Origin: Mycoplasmoides genitalium G37
GTDB lineage: Bacteria > Bacillota_I > Bacilli_A > Mycoplasmatales > Mycoplasmoidaceae
Length of the DNA stretch: 32,000 bases
Direction of reading: 5' to 3'
Assembly: GCF_000027325.1 (NCBI RefSeq)
Contig: NC_000908.2
Span: forward strand, 90,001-122,000
Shown: piece after piece, positions 22,726-32,000 of the stretch
Layout of the letters: each line of letters opens with the position of its first letter
Position numbering within the stretch: position 1 is the first letter of the stretch
Notes under the pieces: model-generated
The model's input: the letters and a program-made list of their open reading frames with translations, nothing else
The model's database searches: none
What the model was told of the DNA's origin: nothing
Made by a program: the position numbers and the translations under genes

Positions 22726-23866
22726 ACCAAGTTGATCAACTGCATTTAATATTGGTGGTGGATTTCCCATCCAGTGGTATGGGATCATTGTCTCAATTGG
22801 CATTATTTTTGCCATTTTAATGTTTGTCTTTAAACTGATTTATTGTTACAAATTACAAGACAACAGTTTTTATTTTTTTATCTTTATTGCTGTTTTAACG
22901 ATGGTTTTAGGCGCTCGCCTCTGGTCATTTGTAATTGGTGATTCCAATTTTGCTAACAACAATTTCTTTGATTTTCGTAACGGTGGATTGGCCATTCAGG
23001 GTGGGATTTTGTTAACCAGTATTGTCGGAGTAATCTATTTCAACTTCTTTTTAAATAGTAAGACCAATAAAACCAAAACGATTGCTGAATTACTGAATAA
23101 TAAGAATGAAATAAAAGCTGTTTATGTTGAAAGAAATATCTCTGTTCTAGTGATGTTAGATCTGATTGCTCCTTGTGTTTTAATTGGTCAAGCAATTGGC
23201 AGATGGGGTAATTTTTTCAACCAAGAAGTTTATGGGTTTGCTTTAGCTGGAACAATGAATGATCCCCAAGCATTGGCTAATACCCAGTGGGGATTTTTAA
23301 AGATCTTAATGCCTAAGGTTTGGGATGGGATGTGGATTGATGGTCAGTTTCGCATTCCGCTCTTTTTAATTGAGTCATTTTTTAACACTATTTTCTTTGT
23401 GTTAATTTACTTTGTAATGGATTTTATTAGGGGAGTTAAAAGTGGCACAATTGGTTTTAGTTATTTTCTTGCTACTGGAATCATTCGTTTAATCTTGGAA
23501 AACTTTAGAGACCAAACCTTTTATTTTCAAACTTCAATAACCACTAGTATTTTGTTTATTGTCGTTGGTATTTTAGGAATTTTTTATTGCCAGTTTATCC
23601 ATGTCAAATTAAGAAATTACTTCTGAACTTATTTCTTTCTTTATGCCTTTTATAAAGTAGCTGCTTTTTTCACTACACTTTTTTTGAATAACAGAAAGCA
23701 AATGGCACAACAGAAGTTTGCTTTTTATGAAAAATCACTTCCCAATAAGAAGCGTTCTTTTTTTGAAATGAAGTATTACAATGATGTAACAACACCCAAA
23801 ATTTATCGTTTAACTGATCAGGAAATGAAGTTATTTGATAAATTAGAGGCAGTTACAACCAGCTAG
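22718..23866 (+). CDS. lgt: Prolipoprotein diacylglyceryl transferase with C-terminal extension
   Basis: ATG 22718, TAG 23864-23866, 382 aa if TGA at 22733 and 23624 are Trp. N-terminus MNRPSWSTAFNIGGGFPIQWYGIIV, 'ARLWSFVIGD..NNFFDFRNGGLAIQGGI', 'CVLIGQAIGRWGNFFNQEVYG', 'RIPLFLIESFFN'. Confidence 0.9.
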
Positions 23867-23894
23867 ATTTTGTTAGAATACTTCAGTTGTCTAT

Positions 23895-24314
23895 ATGGCT
23901 ACAATAGCGCAATTAATTAGAAAACCACGCCAAAAAAAGAAGGTTAAATCAAAGTCACCTGCACTCCATTATAACCTCAACCTTTTAAACAAAAAAACTA
24001 CCAATGTTTACTCACCACTAAAGCGTGGTGTTTGCACCAGGGTTGGCACCATGACCCCCAGAAAACCTAATTCTGCACTAAGAAAGTATGCTAAGGTTAG
24101 ACTTACAAATGGCTTTGAAGTACTTGCTTATATCCCAGGAGAAGGTCATAACCTACAAGAACACAGTGTTACTTTATTAAGGGGGGGTAGAGTAAAAGAT
24201 CTCCCTGGAGTTAGATACCATATTGTTCGTGGTACTTTAGATACAGTTGGTGTTGACAAAAGAAGACAACAACGTTCTGCATATGGCGCTAAAAAACCAA
24301 AACCAAAATCTTAA
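23895..24314 (+). CDS. rpsL: 30S ribosomal protein S12
   Basis: 139 aa; '[10 protein letters not shown]', '[77 protein letters not shown]'. Confidence 0.99.
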   Translation: MATIAQLIRKPRQKKKVKSKSPALHYNLNLLNKKTTNVYSPLKRGVCTRVGTMTPRKPNSALRKYAKVRLTNGFEVLAYIPGEGHNLQEHSVTLLRGGRVKDLPGVRYHIVRGTLDTVGVDKRRQQRSAYGAKKPKPKS

Positions 24315-24330
24315 CTTGATCAGTTAAATA

Positions 24331-24798
24331 ATGAGAAAAAATCGTGCTTTAAAAAGAACTGTTTTACCCGATCCTGTTTTTAACAACACACTGGTTACAA
24401 GGATTATTAATGTCATCATGAAAGATGGCAAGAAGGGTTTAGCACAACGCATCTTGTATGGTGCTTTTGAGATCATTGAAAAACGCACCAACCAACAACC
24501 TTTAACTGTCTTTGAAAAAGCAGTTGATAATGTTATGCCCCGCTTAGAGTTAAAAGTGAGAAGAATTGCTGGTTCTAACTACCAAGTACCAACTGAAGTT
24601 CCCCCTGACAGAAGGATTGCTTTAGCACTAAGATGGATTGTGATCTTTGCTAACAAAAGAAATGAAAAAACAATGCTTGAACGTGTTGCTAATGAAATTA
24701 TTGATGCTTTTAATAACACGGGTGCTAGTGTTAAAAAGAAGGATGATACTCACAAGATGGCAGAAGCTAACAAAGCCTTTGCCCACATGCGTTGGTAG
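24331..24798 (+). CDS. rpsG: 30S ribosomal protein S7
   Basis: 155 aa; '[44 protein letters not shown]', '[26 protein letters not shown]'. Confidence 0.99.
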   Translation: MRKNRALKRTVLPDPVFNNTLVTRIINVIMKDGKKGLAQRILYGAFEIIEKRTNQQPLTVFEKAVDNVMPRLELKVRRIAGSNYQVPTEVPPDRRIALALRWIVIFANKRNEKTMLERVANEIIDAFNNTGASVKKKDDTHKMAEANKAFAHMRW

Positions 24799-24807
24799 TT
24801 ATTTATT

Positions 24808-26874
24808 ATGTCAAGAACAGTTGATTTAAAAAACTTCCGTAACTTTGGCATTATGGCCCATATTGATGCTGGGAAAACCACCACATCAGAACGTATTTTG
24901 TTCCATTCAGGTAGAATTCACAAGATTGGTGAAACCCATGATGGTGAATCAGTGATGGACTGGATGGAACAAGAAAAAGAAAGGGGTATTACTATCACCT
25001 CTGCAGCCACTTCAGTGAGCTGAAAAAACTGCAGCTTAAACTTGATTGACACTCCTGGCCATGTTGACTTTACAGTTGAAGTGGAGCGTAGCTTAAGGGT
25101 TTTGGATGGAGCAATTGCGGTATTGGATGCTCAAATGGGAGTAGAACCACAAACTGAAACAGTATGAAGACAAGCTTCACGCTATGAAGTACCACGGGTA
25201 ATCTTTGTTAATAAGATGGATAAAACCGGTGCTAACTTTGAGCGCTCTGTTTTATCAATTCAACAACGCTTGGGAGTGAAAGCTGTTCCTATTCAATTTC
25301 CCATAGGTGCTGAAAATGATTTCAATGGCATCATTGATATCATCACTAAAAAAGCTTATTTTTTTGATGGTAATAAAGAGGAAAATGCTATTGAAAAACC
25401 AATTCCTGAACAGTATGTTGATCAAGTTGAAAAACTTTACAACAACTTAGTTGAAGAAGTTGCTAGTTTAGATGATCAACTCATGGCTGATTATCTAGAT
25501 GGTAAACCAATTGAAATTGATGCAATTAAAAATGCAATTAGAAACGGGGTAATTCACTGTAAGTTTTTCCCGGTATTGTGTGGTTCAGCATTTAAAAACA
25601 AGGGAATTAAACTCTTACTTGATGCAGTGGTTGATTTTCTCCCTTCACCTGTTGATGTCCCACCTGCTAAAGCAATTGATGCAAACAACAAAGAGATATC
25701 TATTAAAGCTAGTGATGATGCTAACTTTATTGGCTTAGCATTTAAAGTTGCTACTGATCCTTTTGTTGGTAGATTAACTTTTATTAGGGTTTATGCAGGA
25801 GTTTTAAAATCTGGTTCTTATGTTAAGAATGTTAGAAAAAACAAAAAGGAAAGGGTATCACGTTTAGTGAAAATGCACGCACAAAATCGCAATGAAATTG
25901 ATGAAATTAGAGCAGGGGATATCTGTGCAGTAATTGGCTTGAAAGATACTACTACTGGAGAAACTTTAACTGATGATAAGCTTGATGTGCAACTAGAAGC
26001 AATGCAATTTGCTGAACCAGTGATCTCTTTAGCAGTAGAACCTAAAACTAAAGCAGATCAGGAAAAGATGTCAATTGCTTTATCAAAACTAGCAGAAGAA
26101 GATCCTACTTTTAAAACCTTTAGTGATCCTGAAACAGGGCAAACTATTATTGCTGGAATGGGTGAGTTACACCTTGATATCTTAGTTGATAGGATGAAAC
26201 GTGAATTTAAGGTAGAAGTTAACATTGGTGCACCTCAAGTTAGCTTTCGTGAAACCTTTAAATCAACTAGTGAAGTTGAGGGTAAATACATCAAACAATC
26301 AGGTGGTAGAGGTCAATATGGACATGTTAAAATCCGTTTTGAACCTAATAAAGATAAGGGCTTTGAATTTGTTGATAAGATTGTGGGCGGAAGGATTCCA
26401 AGGGAATATATTAAACCAGTTCAAACTGGTCTTGAAAATGCAATGAATTCAGGTCCTTTAGCAGGTTACCCAATGATTGATATTAAAGCTACCTTATTTG
26501 ATGGTTCTTTCCATGAAGTTGACTCAAGTGAAATGGCTTTTAAAATTGCTGCATCCTTAGCTTTAAAAGAAGCAGGTAAACAATGTAACCCAGTTTTACT
26601 TGAACCTATTATGGCAATAGAAGTTACTGTACCTGAACAGTACTTTGGGGATACAATGGGTGATATCAGTTCAAGAAGAGGGATCATTGAAGGTACTGAA
26701 CAACGTGATAATGTTCAACTAATAAAAGCAAAAGTACCTTTAAAAGAGATGTTTGGTTATGCCACTGATTTACGCTCTTTTTCCCAAGGTAGGGGTAATT
26801 ATGTAATGCAATTTAGCCATTATGCTGAAACTCCTAAAAGCGTTGTTAATGAGATAATTGCTAATAAAAAATAG
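24808..26874 (+). CDS. fusA: Elongation factor G
   Basis: 688 aa merged over TGA=Trp (25021-25024 area and 25165 area). '[35 protein letters not shown]', '[17 protein letters not shown]', '[14 protein letters not shown]'. Confidence 0.98.
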
Positions 26875-26925
26875 ATACTTAATAAAAATATAACTTTACT
26901 CAATGAGTTTTTCCAAAAAGTTTTT

Positions 26926-27552
26926 ATGCACTACAATATCATTCTTTTAGTTGATGGTACGCTTAGTTTAGAACAAGCTAACCAAGTTGAACAAAAACAC
27001 CAAAAATTGCTTGAAAAGGCAACTGAATTTAAAAGTGAATACTTAGGTTTAAAAGAGTTGGCTTACCCCATTAAAAAGCAACTTTCTGCTCACTATTACA
27101 GATGGAGTTTTCATGGTGAAAGCAATTGTACTAAGGAGTTTAAAAGAGCTGCTAACATCAATAAGCAGATAATAAGAGAGTTAATTATTAACAGAGAAAA
27201 AGACTATGGTTATTTAGGTTCAGTTAACCCTAAAAAACAACAACTGTCTTTGCAGAAGCTAACCAAGTATAATGAGATTATTGCTAGTGAAAATAATCCT
27301 GATAACCCAGATGCGCCTGTCACTTCTGGTCTAGCTTCTGTTAAACCACGGCTATCAAGAGTTGAAAAACAAAAGGAACGTGAACTTGAAAAGTGAACGG
27401 TTGTTCACCAATCAGGTAACTTTGATACTGTACAGATCAATCCTTATCGTCCTAGGATAAAACGCTTTTTACAAAACAACCAACAAACCTCCCAAGCTAA
27501 TAATAACCAACCTCGTTTTCAAAATCAATTTAAAAAAGGAGCAAAACCTTAG
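26926..27552 (+). CDS. rpsF: 30S ribosomal protein S6 with long C-terminal extension
   Basis: ATG 26926 to TAG 27550-27552, 208 aa, TGA=Trp at 27394. N-terminal S6 fold sequence 'MHYNIILLVDGTLSLEQANQVEQKHQKLLE', 'ELAYPIKKQLSAHYYRWSF'. Confidence 0.9.
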
Positions 27553-28035
27553 ATGAACCGGGTCTTCTTGTTTGGTAAACTCAGTTTTACTCCCAACCGT
27601 TTACAGACAAAAAATGGTACGTTAGGAGCTACTTTTTCCATGGAATGTCTTGATTCCAGTGGTTTTAATAATGCCAAATCATTCATTAGAGTAACTGCTT
27701 GAGGTAAAGTTGCTAGTTTTATTGTTGCTCAAAATCCTGGGGTGATGCTTTTTGTAGAAGGAAGATTAACTACATATAAAATTACTAACAGTGAAAATAA
27801 AAACACCTATGCTTTACAAGTAACTGCTGATAAGATCTTTCATCCTGATGAAAAAACTACCAATGAAGAACCTATTAAATCAACTGTAGTTGATTCACCC
27901 TTTATGAATCCCAAAGCAAGTGTTACAGAAGCTGAGTTTGAACAAGCATTCCCCCATCAAGATGAAACTGATTTTAACAACATTACCCCTATATTTGAAA
28001 ATGATGTCCAACTAGAGGAGGAAAGTGATGATTAA
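27553..28035 (+). CDS. ssb: Single-stranded DNA-binding protein
   Basis: ATG 27553 directly after the rpsF stop, TAA 28033-28035, 160 aa. Begins 'MNRVFLFGKLSFTPNRLQTKNGTLGATFSMECLDSSG..NAKSFIRVTAW(tga)GKVASFI'; acidic tail ...FENDVQLEEESDD. Confidence 0.92.
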
Positions 28036-28342
28036 TAAAGAACAGGATTTAAACCAATTAGAAACCAACCAAGAACAGAGTGTTGAACAAAACCAAACTG
28101 ATGAAAAGCGCAAGCCAAAACCAAACTTTAAAAGAGCAAAAAAATATTGTCGATTTTGCGCCATAGGTCAACTAAGGATTGATTTTATTGATGATTTGGA
28201 AGCAATCAAACGCTTTCTCAGTCCCTATGCAAAGATTAATCCTAGAAGAATTACAGGTAATTGCAACATGCACCAACGTCATGTAGCTAATGCTCTAAAA
28301 CGAGCACGTTACCTAGCTTTAGTGCCATTTATTAAAGATTAA
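28028..28342 (+). CDS. rpsR: 30S ribosomal protein S18
   Basis: 'KKYCRFCAIGQLRIDFIDDLEAIKRFLSPYAKINPRRITGNCNMHQRHVANALKRARYLALVPF'. GTG at 28025 is an alternative start directly before the ATG. Confidence 0.96.
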   Translation: MINKEQDLNQLETNQEQSVEQNQTDEKRKPKPNFKRAKKYCRFCAIGQLRIDFIDDLEAIKRFLSPYAKINPRRITGNCNMHQRHVANALKRARYLALVPFIKD

Positions 28343-28344
28343 AT

Positions 28345-28797
28345 ATGAAGATAATTTTGAAGCAAGATGTTGCTAAATTAGGCAAGCGGTTTGATGTTGT
28401 TGAAGTTAAAGATGGGTTTGCTATCCATTTTTTATTTCCCAAAAAACTAGCTGCACCTTTAACAAAGAAAGCAATTGCTAACCGTGATTTGTTTTTAAAA
28501 CAACAACAAGAACAATACCAAAAAAATCGTGCCTTAGCTGAAAAATTGAAACTAGTAATTGAACAAACACCATTAACTTTTCAACTCAAACAACACGATG
28601 GCAAGCCATATGGTTCAATCATCACCAAACAAATAATTAATTTAGCAAAACAACAAAGACTTGATTTACAGCGCTTTATGTTTAAAGATAATGTGCGCTT
28701 ACAGTTTGGTGAACACAAACTAATTTTGCACCTTTTTGAGGAGATAACTGCAACTTTAACTGTTATAGTGAACCCTGAAAATGGGACAACAAACTAG
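28345..28797 (+). CDS. rplI: 50S ribosomal protein L9
   Basis: 150 aa; 'MKIILKQDVAKLGKRFDVVEVKDGFAIHFLFPKKLAAP'. Confidence 0.96.
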   Translation: MKIILKQDVAKLGKRFDVVEVKDGFAIHFLFPKKLAAPLTKKAIANRDLFLKQQQEQYQKNRALAEKLKLVIEQTPLTFQLKQHDGKPYGSIITKQIINLAKQQRLDLQRFMFKDNVRLQFGEHKLILHLFEEITATLTVIVNPENGTTN

Positions 28798-30187
28798 TTT
28801 TAAATATGCAAATGATAGCAACATTGAACGTGCTGAAAGACGTTTGATGCAAGCAGTTGCTCAAAACAGTGAGGGCATTGATCTAATTTTCAATAAACTT
28901 GAACCAATTGATTTTTTTGCAACCCCTTTCAAACTCATTTTTCAAACTGCAAAAGAAAACTACCAATTAAATAACCCTATTATTGGTTCTGGTTTACTAG
29001 AAGCGGTTAAGTTTAAACTTGATGCTAATGATCAATCCACTAAAAGTGAACTTGAAATTTTATTCACAAAGATCTTATTAATCCGTTTACCACCTAACCA
29101 AACAGAGATTAAAACACTGGTTGATGTTGTTAAAAAAGCTTCTATTTTTCGCAGGTTACAACAGTTTGCTAAGCGTGTTTACAACGAGGAATTTAAGTTA
29201 AAAGAAGATCGTTTTGAAGGCTATTTACAAGCTATTCAAGATGATTTTGTCAAGATTATCCACAGTGCTTTTAGTAACATCTTTGCTTTTAGCTATGATG
29301 AGATTGCCAATCAAGAGGAAGCATTAATTAAAAAGGTTCACCGTGGGGAATTGATCATCAGTGGACTTTCAAGTGGATTTTTAAAATTAGATCAACTTAC
29401 ATCAGGTTGAAAACCAGGAGAGTTAATAGTAATAGCAGCTCGCCCAGGTAGAGGTAAAACTGCCCTTTTGATTAATTTTATGGCTAGTGCAGCTAAACAA
29501 ATTGATCCTAAAACTGATGTGGTCCTCTTCTTTAGTTTAGAGATGCGTAACCGGGAAATTTACCAAAGGCACTTAATGCATGAAAGTCAAACTAGTTACA
29601 CACTAACCAACCGGCAAAGGATTAATAATGTCTTTGAAGAGTTAATGGAAGCATCTTCAAGGATCAAAAACTTACCTATTAAACTCTTTGATTACAGTAG
29701 TTTAACACTCCAAGAGATCAGAAACCAAATTACTGAAGTGAGTAAAACCAGTAATGTTAGGTTAGTAATTATTGACTATTTACAACTTGTTAATGCTTTA
29801 AAAAATAACTATGGTTTGACAAGACAACAAGAAGTGACAATGATCTCTCAATCACTTAAAGCATTCGCTAAGGAGTTTAATACCCCTATTATTGCTGCAG
29901 CTCAACTTTCTAGAAGGATTGAAGAAAGGAAAGATTCCAGACCAATTCTTTCTGATTTAAGAGAATCAGGTTCAATTGAACAGGATGCGGATATGGTTTT
30001 ATTTATCCATAGAACTAATGATGATAAAAAAGAACAGGAAGAGGAGAACACAAACTTGTTTGAAGTGGAGCTTATCTTAGAAAAGAACAGAAATGGTCCC
30101 AATGGCAAAGTTAAACTAAACTTTCGCAGTGACACTTCTTCTTTTATTAGTCAATATTCCCCTAGTTTTGATGACCAATACAGTTAA
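28781..30187 (+). CDS. dnaB: Replicative DNA helicase
   Basis: ATG 28781 to TAA 30187, 468 aa merged over TGA=Trp at 29408. 'SGLSSGFLKLDQLTSGWKPGELIVIAARPGRGKTAFLINF', 'VRLVIIDYLQLV', 'AAQLSRRIEERKDSRPILSDLRESGSIEQDADMVLFIHR'. Confidence 0.97.
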
Positions 30188-30190
30188 TTT

Positions 30191-31387
30191 ATGAAACTGA
30201 AGTTTTACAAACTACCTTTAATTACTACAGCATTTAGTTTTGTATTTTTAACTGCTTGTTCAACACCCCAATCTTCCTTTTTTCTCCCTGCACAAACAAC
30301 TATTAGTACTTTAAAAATTAATGGTATGGAAAACAAAACAGGTTATTTTCTTGAAACGCAGCGTTCTCGTGGTAGTTACAATCCCACCGCTTCACTTACT
30401 ATGATTAAGTTAGGAGATGAAAAAGAGTTTAAAAACGTAGATACAACCAAGCAAGATGAAGTTTTGTTTGCCAACATTTATGGTGGAATCTCTTCATTGC
30501 TTAACTTCAGAATTATCCAACCGATGTTAACCTACTGAAACTTAGTTAACAACTCATTAAGTCAGATTGGTAGTACTAATGACTTAATTACATTCAAAGA
30601 TAGTGGATATAAAGATCAACTTGCAAAAGCGCTTGCTAACAATCTCATAGTTGCTGATGAAGGTAATAATAACTTTTGGTTTGGTTTAAAAGCCCTAAAG
30701 TTTGATACGGTTAAACTCCAAGCTAATAATACTGCTACTAGTTCAACAAGAGCTTCAACTACTCAAAATACTAATAATAAGATTGATGCACGTGAAAAAA
30801 TCACCATTAATGGGAATGGTGGAACAAATAATGATCAAAATGCTACTGTTCAAAAGTTGATAGGTATTGAAAATATTGAAGTTGAGTTTAGCTTTGTTAA
30901 AACTGGTTTTAATGGAAATGAGATTAAGTTTGAAGATTATGTAACAGATTCTTCCCCCACAACATCTTTATTAAAGCAAGTTTGAAAAAGTAAGTGAAAT
31001 ACCGAGTTGACCCACACCAGCTTTAAATTCAAACTCAATTCTTTCAATGTTTTGTTAACTTATCAATTGGAAGCAAACCAAAAAAGCCAATATCTTCCCA
31101 ATGGCTTTAGCTTTCTTTTTCCATCTAATTTAGAAGGAAAGATAGATAGTTCAAAAAGCTATTGAAACAATCTTGTTGATTTTTCAAAAAGAACCACAAA
31201 TGAAGAGAACACAATGCTACTAACTGATTTGCAAAAGAAACAAGATCAAGTGAATCGGTTTGTTGGTTTTATTGGTCAAAACCACTTTACTTTAAGTGCT
31301 AACAGCATTAATGAAAAGCAGTTTAACGATGCTAGTACTGCTGATTTTTTTAAAGCAATCTTTCAAAAAGTGAGTATCAATGAATAA
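30191..31387 (+). CDS. Putative lipoprotein (Mycoplasma-specific family), 398 aa
   Basis: ATG 30191 to TAA 31385-31387 through several TGA codons (30536, two near 30985-31000, 31160 area). Signal peptide and lipobox 'MKLKFYKLPLITTAFSFVFLTACSTPQ'; Thr/Ser/Asn-rich body. Confidence 0.85.
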
Positions 31388-31428
31388 CAATTTTAGCCAT
31401 TCAGTTTTGAAAAGAAAAGTTTAAATTA

Positions 31429-31515
31429 ATGGTAAAATTATTCATTAAACTTTCCTTGTTAGTTGTAGTTTTCAATACTGTTTGTATTTCGAAGTTCATT
31501 TTAAAAAATTCGTAG
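31429..31515 (+). CDS. Candidate 28-aa hydrophobic small ORF between two exported-protein genes
   Basis: ATG 31429 to TAG 31513-31515: MVKLFIKLSLLVVVFNTVCISKFILKNS. Looks like a signal/TM segment; no independent proof of translation. Confidence 0.2.
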   Translation: MVKLFIKLSLLVVVFNTVCISKFILKNS

Positions 31516-31570
31516 TTCTAGATCTTTAAAATATGTTTATTTAATTGTCTTTTTTAATTTCATAAATTGT

Positions 31571-32000
31571 TTGAAAACACAAAAAAATATCTTTAAGGTC
31601 AAGGCCTTACTACTTTCACTTTTTTCTGCTGCTGTTACCATCACTATTTTTGCTTTACCTATCTTTGCAAACAATGGTTCTAAAACTGATTTAGGTTTGC
31701 TTTCTAAAAATAGTGCTGATTTTTTAGGTAGTTCAAAAAGAAGTCTTGCTGGCTTTGATACTCCTTTTAGTCCAGATAACCTCCAGTATTTAGAAAAAGA
31801 AACTGATTATGATCAGAACTTTAAAAGTTTTACTGAAAAGTTTAAAGATGAAAAAATAACTAACAACCAACTTGGTATTGTTGATATCTATAACTTATTC
31901 AGTGGTTTTCACAAGAGTGTCAAAAGCACAGTTGACTTAATGAACCAACTGCAAAAGCAAGTTGAAGCTGCTAATGCTATCTTCCCAGTTGATGATGCTT
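31571..32000 (+). CDS. Putative exported/surface protein, N-terminal part, truncated by window end
   Basis: Frame 2 open from TTG 31571 to window end: '(M)KTQKNIFKVKALLLSLFSAAVTITIFALPIFANNGSKTDLG...'. N-terminal hydrophobic signal segment. No ATG in frame near the N-terminus, so the start is uncertain. Confidence 0.65.
   Translation, partial: MKTQKNIFKVKALLLSLFSAAVTITIFALPIFANNGSKTDLGLLSKNSADFLGSSKRSLAGFDTPFSPDNLQYLEKETDYDQNFKSFTEKFKDEKITNNQLGIVDIYNLFSGFHKSVKSTVDLMNQLQKQVEAANAIFPVDDA

Noticed and set aside
23684-23866. Separate small gene of 60 aa after lgt
   Set aside because: It is in the same frame as lgt with only a TGA (Trp) between, so it is more simply the lgt C-terminus.
26875-26925. 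S6:S18-binding leader motif upstream of rpsF
   Set aside because: The 51-nt gap is AT-only-like, with no CCG-type conserved element or convincing stem.
1-32000. CRISPR array, transposon, prophage, toxin-antitoxin or tRNA/rRNA genes
   Set aside because: No regularly spaced direct repeats, transposase or phage protein sequences, or cloverleaf-like/rRNA segments seen by eye on either strand. A tRNAscan/Infernal run would confirm.

Overview
The window is a gene-dense, AT-rich stretch of Mycoplasma genitalium-type chromosome. I identify it from protein content, gene order and gene sizes, roughly the MG069-MG096 interval of strain G37. The supplied ORF track splits most genes because it treats TGA as stop. 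Reading TGA as Trp (translation table 4) rejoins them into about 28 genes. In order: ptsG (3' end), rpsB, P-type cation ATPase, secA, uvrB, small hypothetical, P116-like surface antigen, a minus-strand membrane protein, oppB-oppC-oppD-oppF, rplK-rplA, pth, tilS, hprK, lgt, rpsL-rpsG-fusA, rpsF-ssb-rpsR-rplI-dnaB, a lipoprotein, and the start of another exported protein. I found no CRISPR array, mobile element, tRNA/rRNA or convincing new multi-gene system. The most interesting items are: (1) a possible leader attenuator before oppB, where an intrinsic terminator competes with an 8-bp alternative pairing; (2) a roughly 520-aa insertion inside the OppF ATPase domain; (3) an opp operon with no recognisable oppA, next to a P116-like gene; (4) a possible L1-type autoregulatory leader before rplK; (5) C-terminal extensions on Lgt and S6.
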